DNA of 63,112 bases, counting the filler, from Octopus bimaculoides (taxonomy: Eukaryota): assembly GCF_001194135.2 (NCBI RefSeq). It is 4 parts of 4 records of this genome, joined end to end, with 100 filler letters (N's around TTAATTAATTAA, not from the genome) between each part and the next. Parts side by side here need not be neighbours in the genome. Positions count along the whole stretch, not along the records: positions 59,283 to 63,112 come from NC_068981.1; 3 more parts are not named here. One strand, written 5' to 3'. The notes under the pieces are model-generated. The model ran no database searches. It saw only the letters and a program-made list of their open reading frames with translations, and had not been told where the DNA came from. Positions within the stretch are counted from its first letter, which is position 1. The number at the start of each line of letters is the position of its first letter. Shown here one piece after another: positions 61,275 through 63,112 of this stretch. Position numbers and translations under genes: made by a program.

Positions 61275-61649
61275 GTTGCTGTTGTTGGCACTCCGTCGCT
61301 TACGACGTCGAGGGTTCCAGTTGATCCGATCAACAGAACAGCCTGCTCGTGAAATTAACGTGCAAGTGGCTGAGCACTCCACAGACACGTGTACCCTTAA
61401 TGTAGTTCTCGGGGATATTCAGCGTGACACAGTGTGACAAGGCGGACCCTTTGAAATACAGGTACAACAGAAACAGGAAGTAGGTGTGAGAGAAAGTTGT
61501 GGTGAAAGAGTACAGCAGGGTCCGCCACCATCCCCTGCCGTAGCCTCGTGGAGCTTTTAGGTGCTTTCGCTCAATAAACACTCACAACGCCCGGTCTGGG
61601 AACCGAAACCGCGATCCTATGACCGCGAGTTCGCTGCCCTAACCACTGG
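61275..61649 (-). mobile_element. SINE family 1, head runs into a gap
   Basis: Reverse complement of 59778-60161. Confidence 0.85.
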
Positions 61650-62589
61650 NNNNNNNNNNNNNNNNNNNNNNNNNNNNNNNNNNNNNNNNNNNNNNNNNNN
61701 NNNNNNNNNNNNNNNNNNNNNNNNNNNNNNNNNNNNNNNNNNNNNNNNNNNNNNNNNNNNNNNNNNNNNNNNNNNNNNNNNNNNNNNNNNNNNNNNNNNN
61801 NNNNGGCCTTTAGGTTCATTTAAACTAGCTAATGTATTGCATCTATTATCCAAGACCAGGGATAATTTCTTCAACGAGCTTCCGCATCACTTCCGTCTAC
61901 TCACACGGCTCTGATCACTACTAAAATAGACTAACTCCTGGTGCTGCGCAGTGAGATTGAACACAAAGTGACGTAGCTACCATGTGAACTTATTAATCAC
62001 ACAGCATGTCTGCAATTGTAGGTCGTCATATTAATCATCGCTCATTTCGATCAACATTGACCTCAGATTAAAAACAATAATATGTGTACCTATTAACAAG
62101 CCAACAAATGAAGCGGCCCGTTAGAAACAGCAGCTAAATCACTCTCAACACTCTACAGCTTCGAGAAAGGAAAGAACTCAATGGGATTGTAAACTGCAGT
62201 TCTATATATGCTATGTCTGGAAAACAAAAGTTGGCCAGATTGTCAAGGCATGCATGCTTTGATCATAAGTCTGATTGGGCAGGGCTAACCTGTGGCTATT
62301 CACAAATTGTCTCTGATCACTTTAGACCAACAAGATAACAAAGCCTTGACGGTTATATGCTTTATCGTTACATATTATTAACCCAACGTGGTAGCTTCCA
62401 CATAGAGCCGCTCGACTTGCTACAAAAGGCAGTCAAATCTTTCTTAAATCACTTCTAAAGAAAGAAAGAACACATAAGAAAAGAAAGAAAAAAAATACGG
62501 CAGATTCACACCAATTGTCTGCTGGATCGAGGCCGACCCAGAGTTAAACACCACCACAACCACGACTATGACGACGACGACGATGAACG

Positions 62590-62620
<31 letters not shown>

Positions 62621-62793
62621 CTAGCATATTAGGATCAATGGGGTGCTTCTACGCCATCGCACGATCTGTTTGACACAGCGATCAGACATTTCTCCAATCC
62701 TACTCGGAAGTCTTAAAATAAAGTTTAGAAAAATACATTGGATAATATAATTCTGAAAAGGAACGGATGGTCACAACTGGAATGCTATATGGG

Positions 62794-63112
62794 TTTGTTG
62801 TTGTTGTTGGCACTCCGTCGCTTACGACGTCGAGGGTTCCAGTCGATCCGATCAACAGAACAGCCTGCTCGTGAAATTAACGTGCAAGTGGCTGAGCACT
62901 CCACAGACACGTGTACCCTTAACGTAGTTCTCGGGGATATTCATCGTGACACAGTGTGACAAGGCTGACCCTTTGAATTACAGATACAACAGAAACAGGA
63001 AGAAAGAGTGAGAGAAAGTTGTAGCGAAAGAGTACAGCAGGGTTCGCCACCATCCCCTGCCGGAGCCTCGTGGAGCTTTAGGTGTTTTCGCTCTATAAGC
63101 ACTCACAACGCC
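62794..63112 (-). mobile_element. SINE family 1, cut by the window end
   Basis: Reverse complement of 29898-30276. Confidence 0.85.

Noticed and set aside
1-63112. CRISPR arrays, rRNA genes, operons or prokaryotic systems
   Set aside because: None were seen; this is spliced eukaryotic DNA whose repeats are dispersed retroposons or microsatellites.

Overview
AT-rich, microsatellite- and retroposon-dense animal genomic DNA; the repeat landscape suggests a coleoid cephalopod, probably an octopus (inference). Three identical 44N-TTAATTAATTAA-44N linkers split the window into four scaffolded blocks (1-28708, 28809-44208, 44309-59182, 59283-63112), so adjacency across them is unproven. Block 1 holds the last 15 coding exons (852 aa, + strand, all GT-AG and phase-consistent) of an eIF4G-family gene (MIF4G, MA3, W2), with a noticeably divergent MIF4G. 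Block 2 holds six exons of a secreted-type EGF_CA-EGF_CA-VWD(GDPH)-C8 protein gene, truncated at both block ends and apparently using a GC-AG intron. Its introns contain three type I hammerhead-ribozyme motifs with a shared palindromic stem III, in Penelope-like remnants; this is the most striking hidden signal. The rest is tRNA-derived SINEs, LINE remnants (RTE, Tx1/L1-like, R4/Dong-like, CR1-group), piggyBac-like MITEs, microsatellites and gaps. Boundaries of degenerate mobile elements are approximate and family names are by-eye motif calls, not database results.
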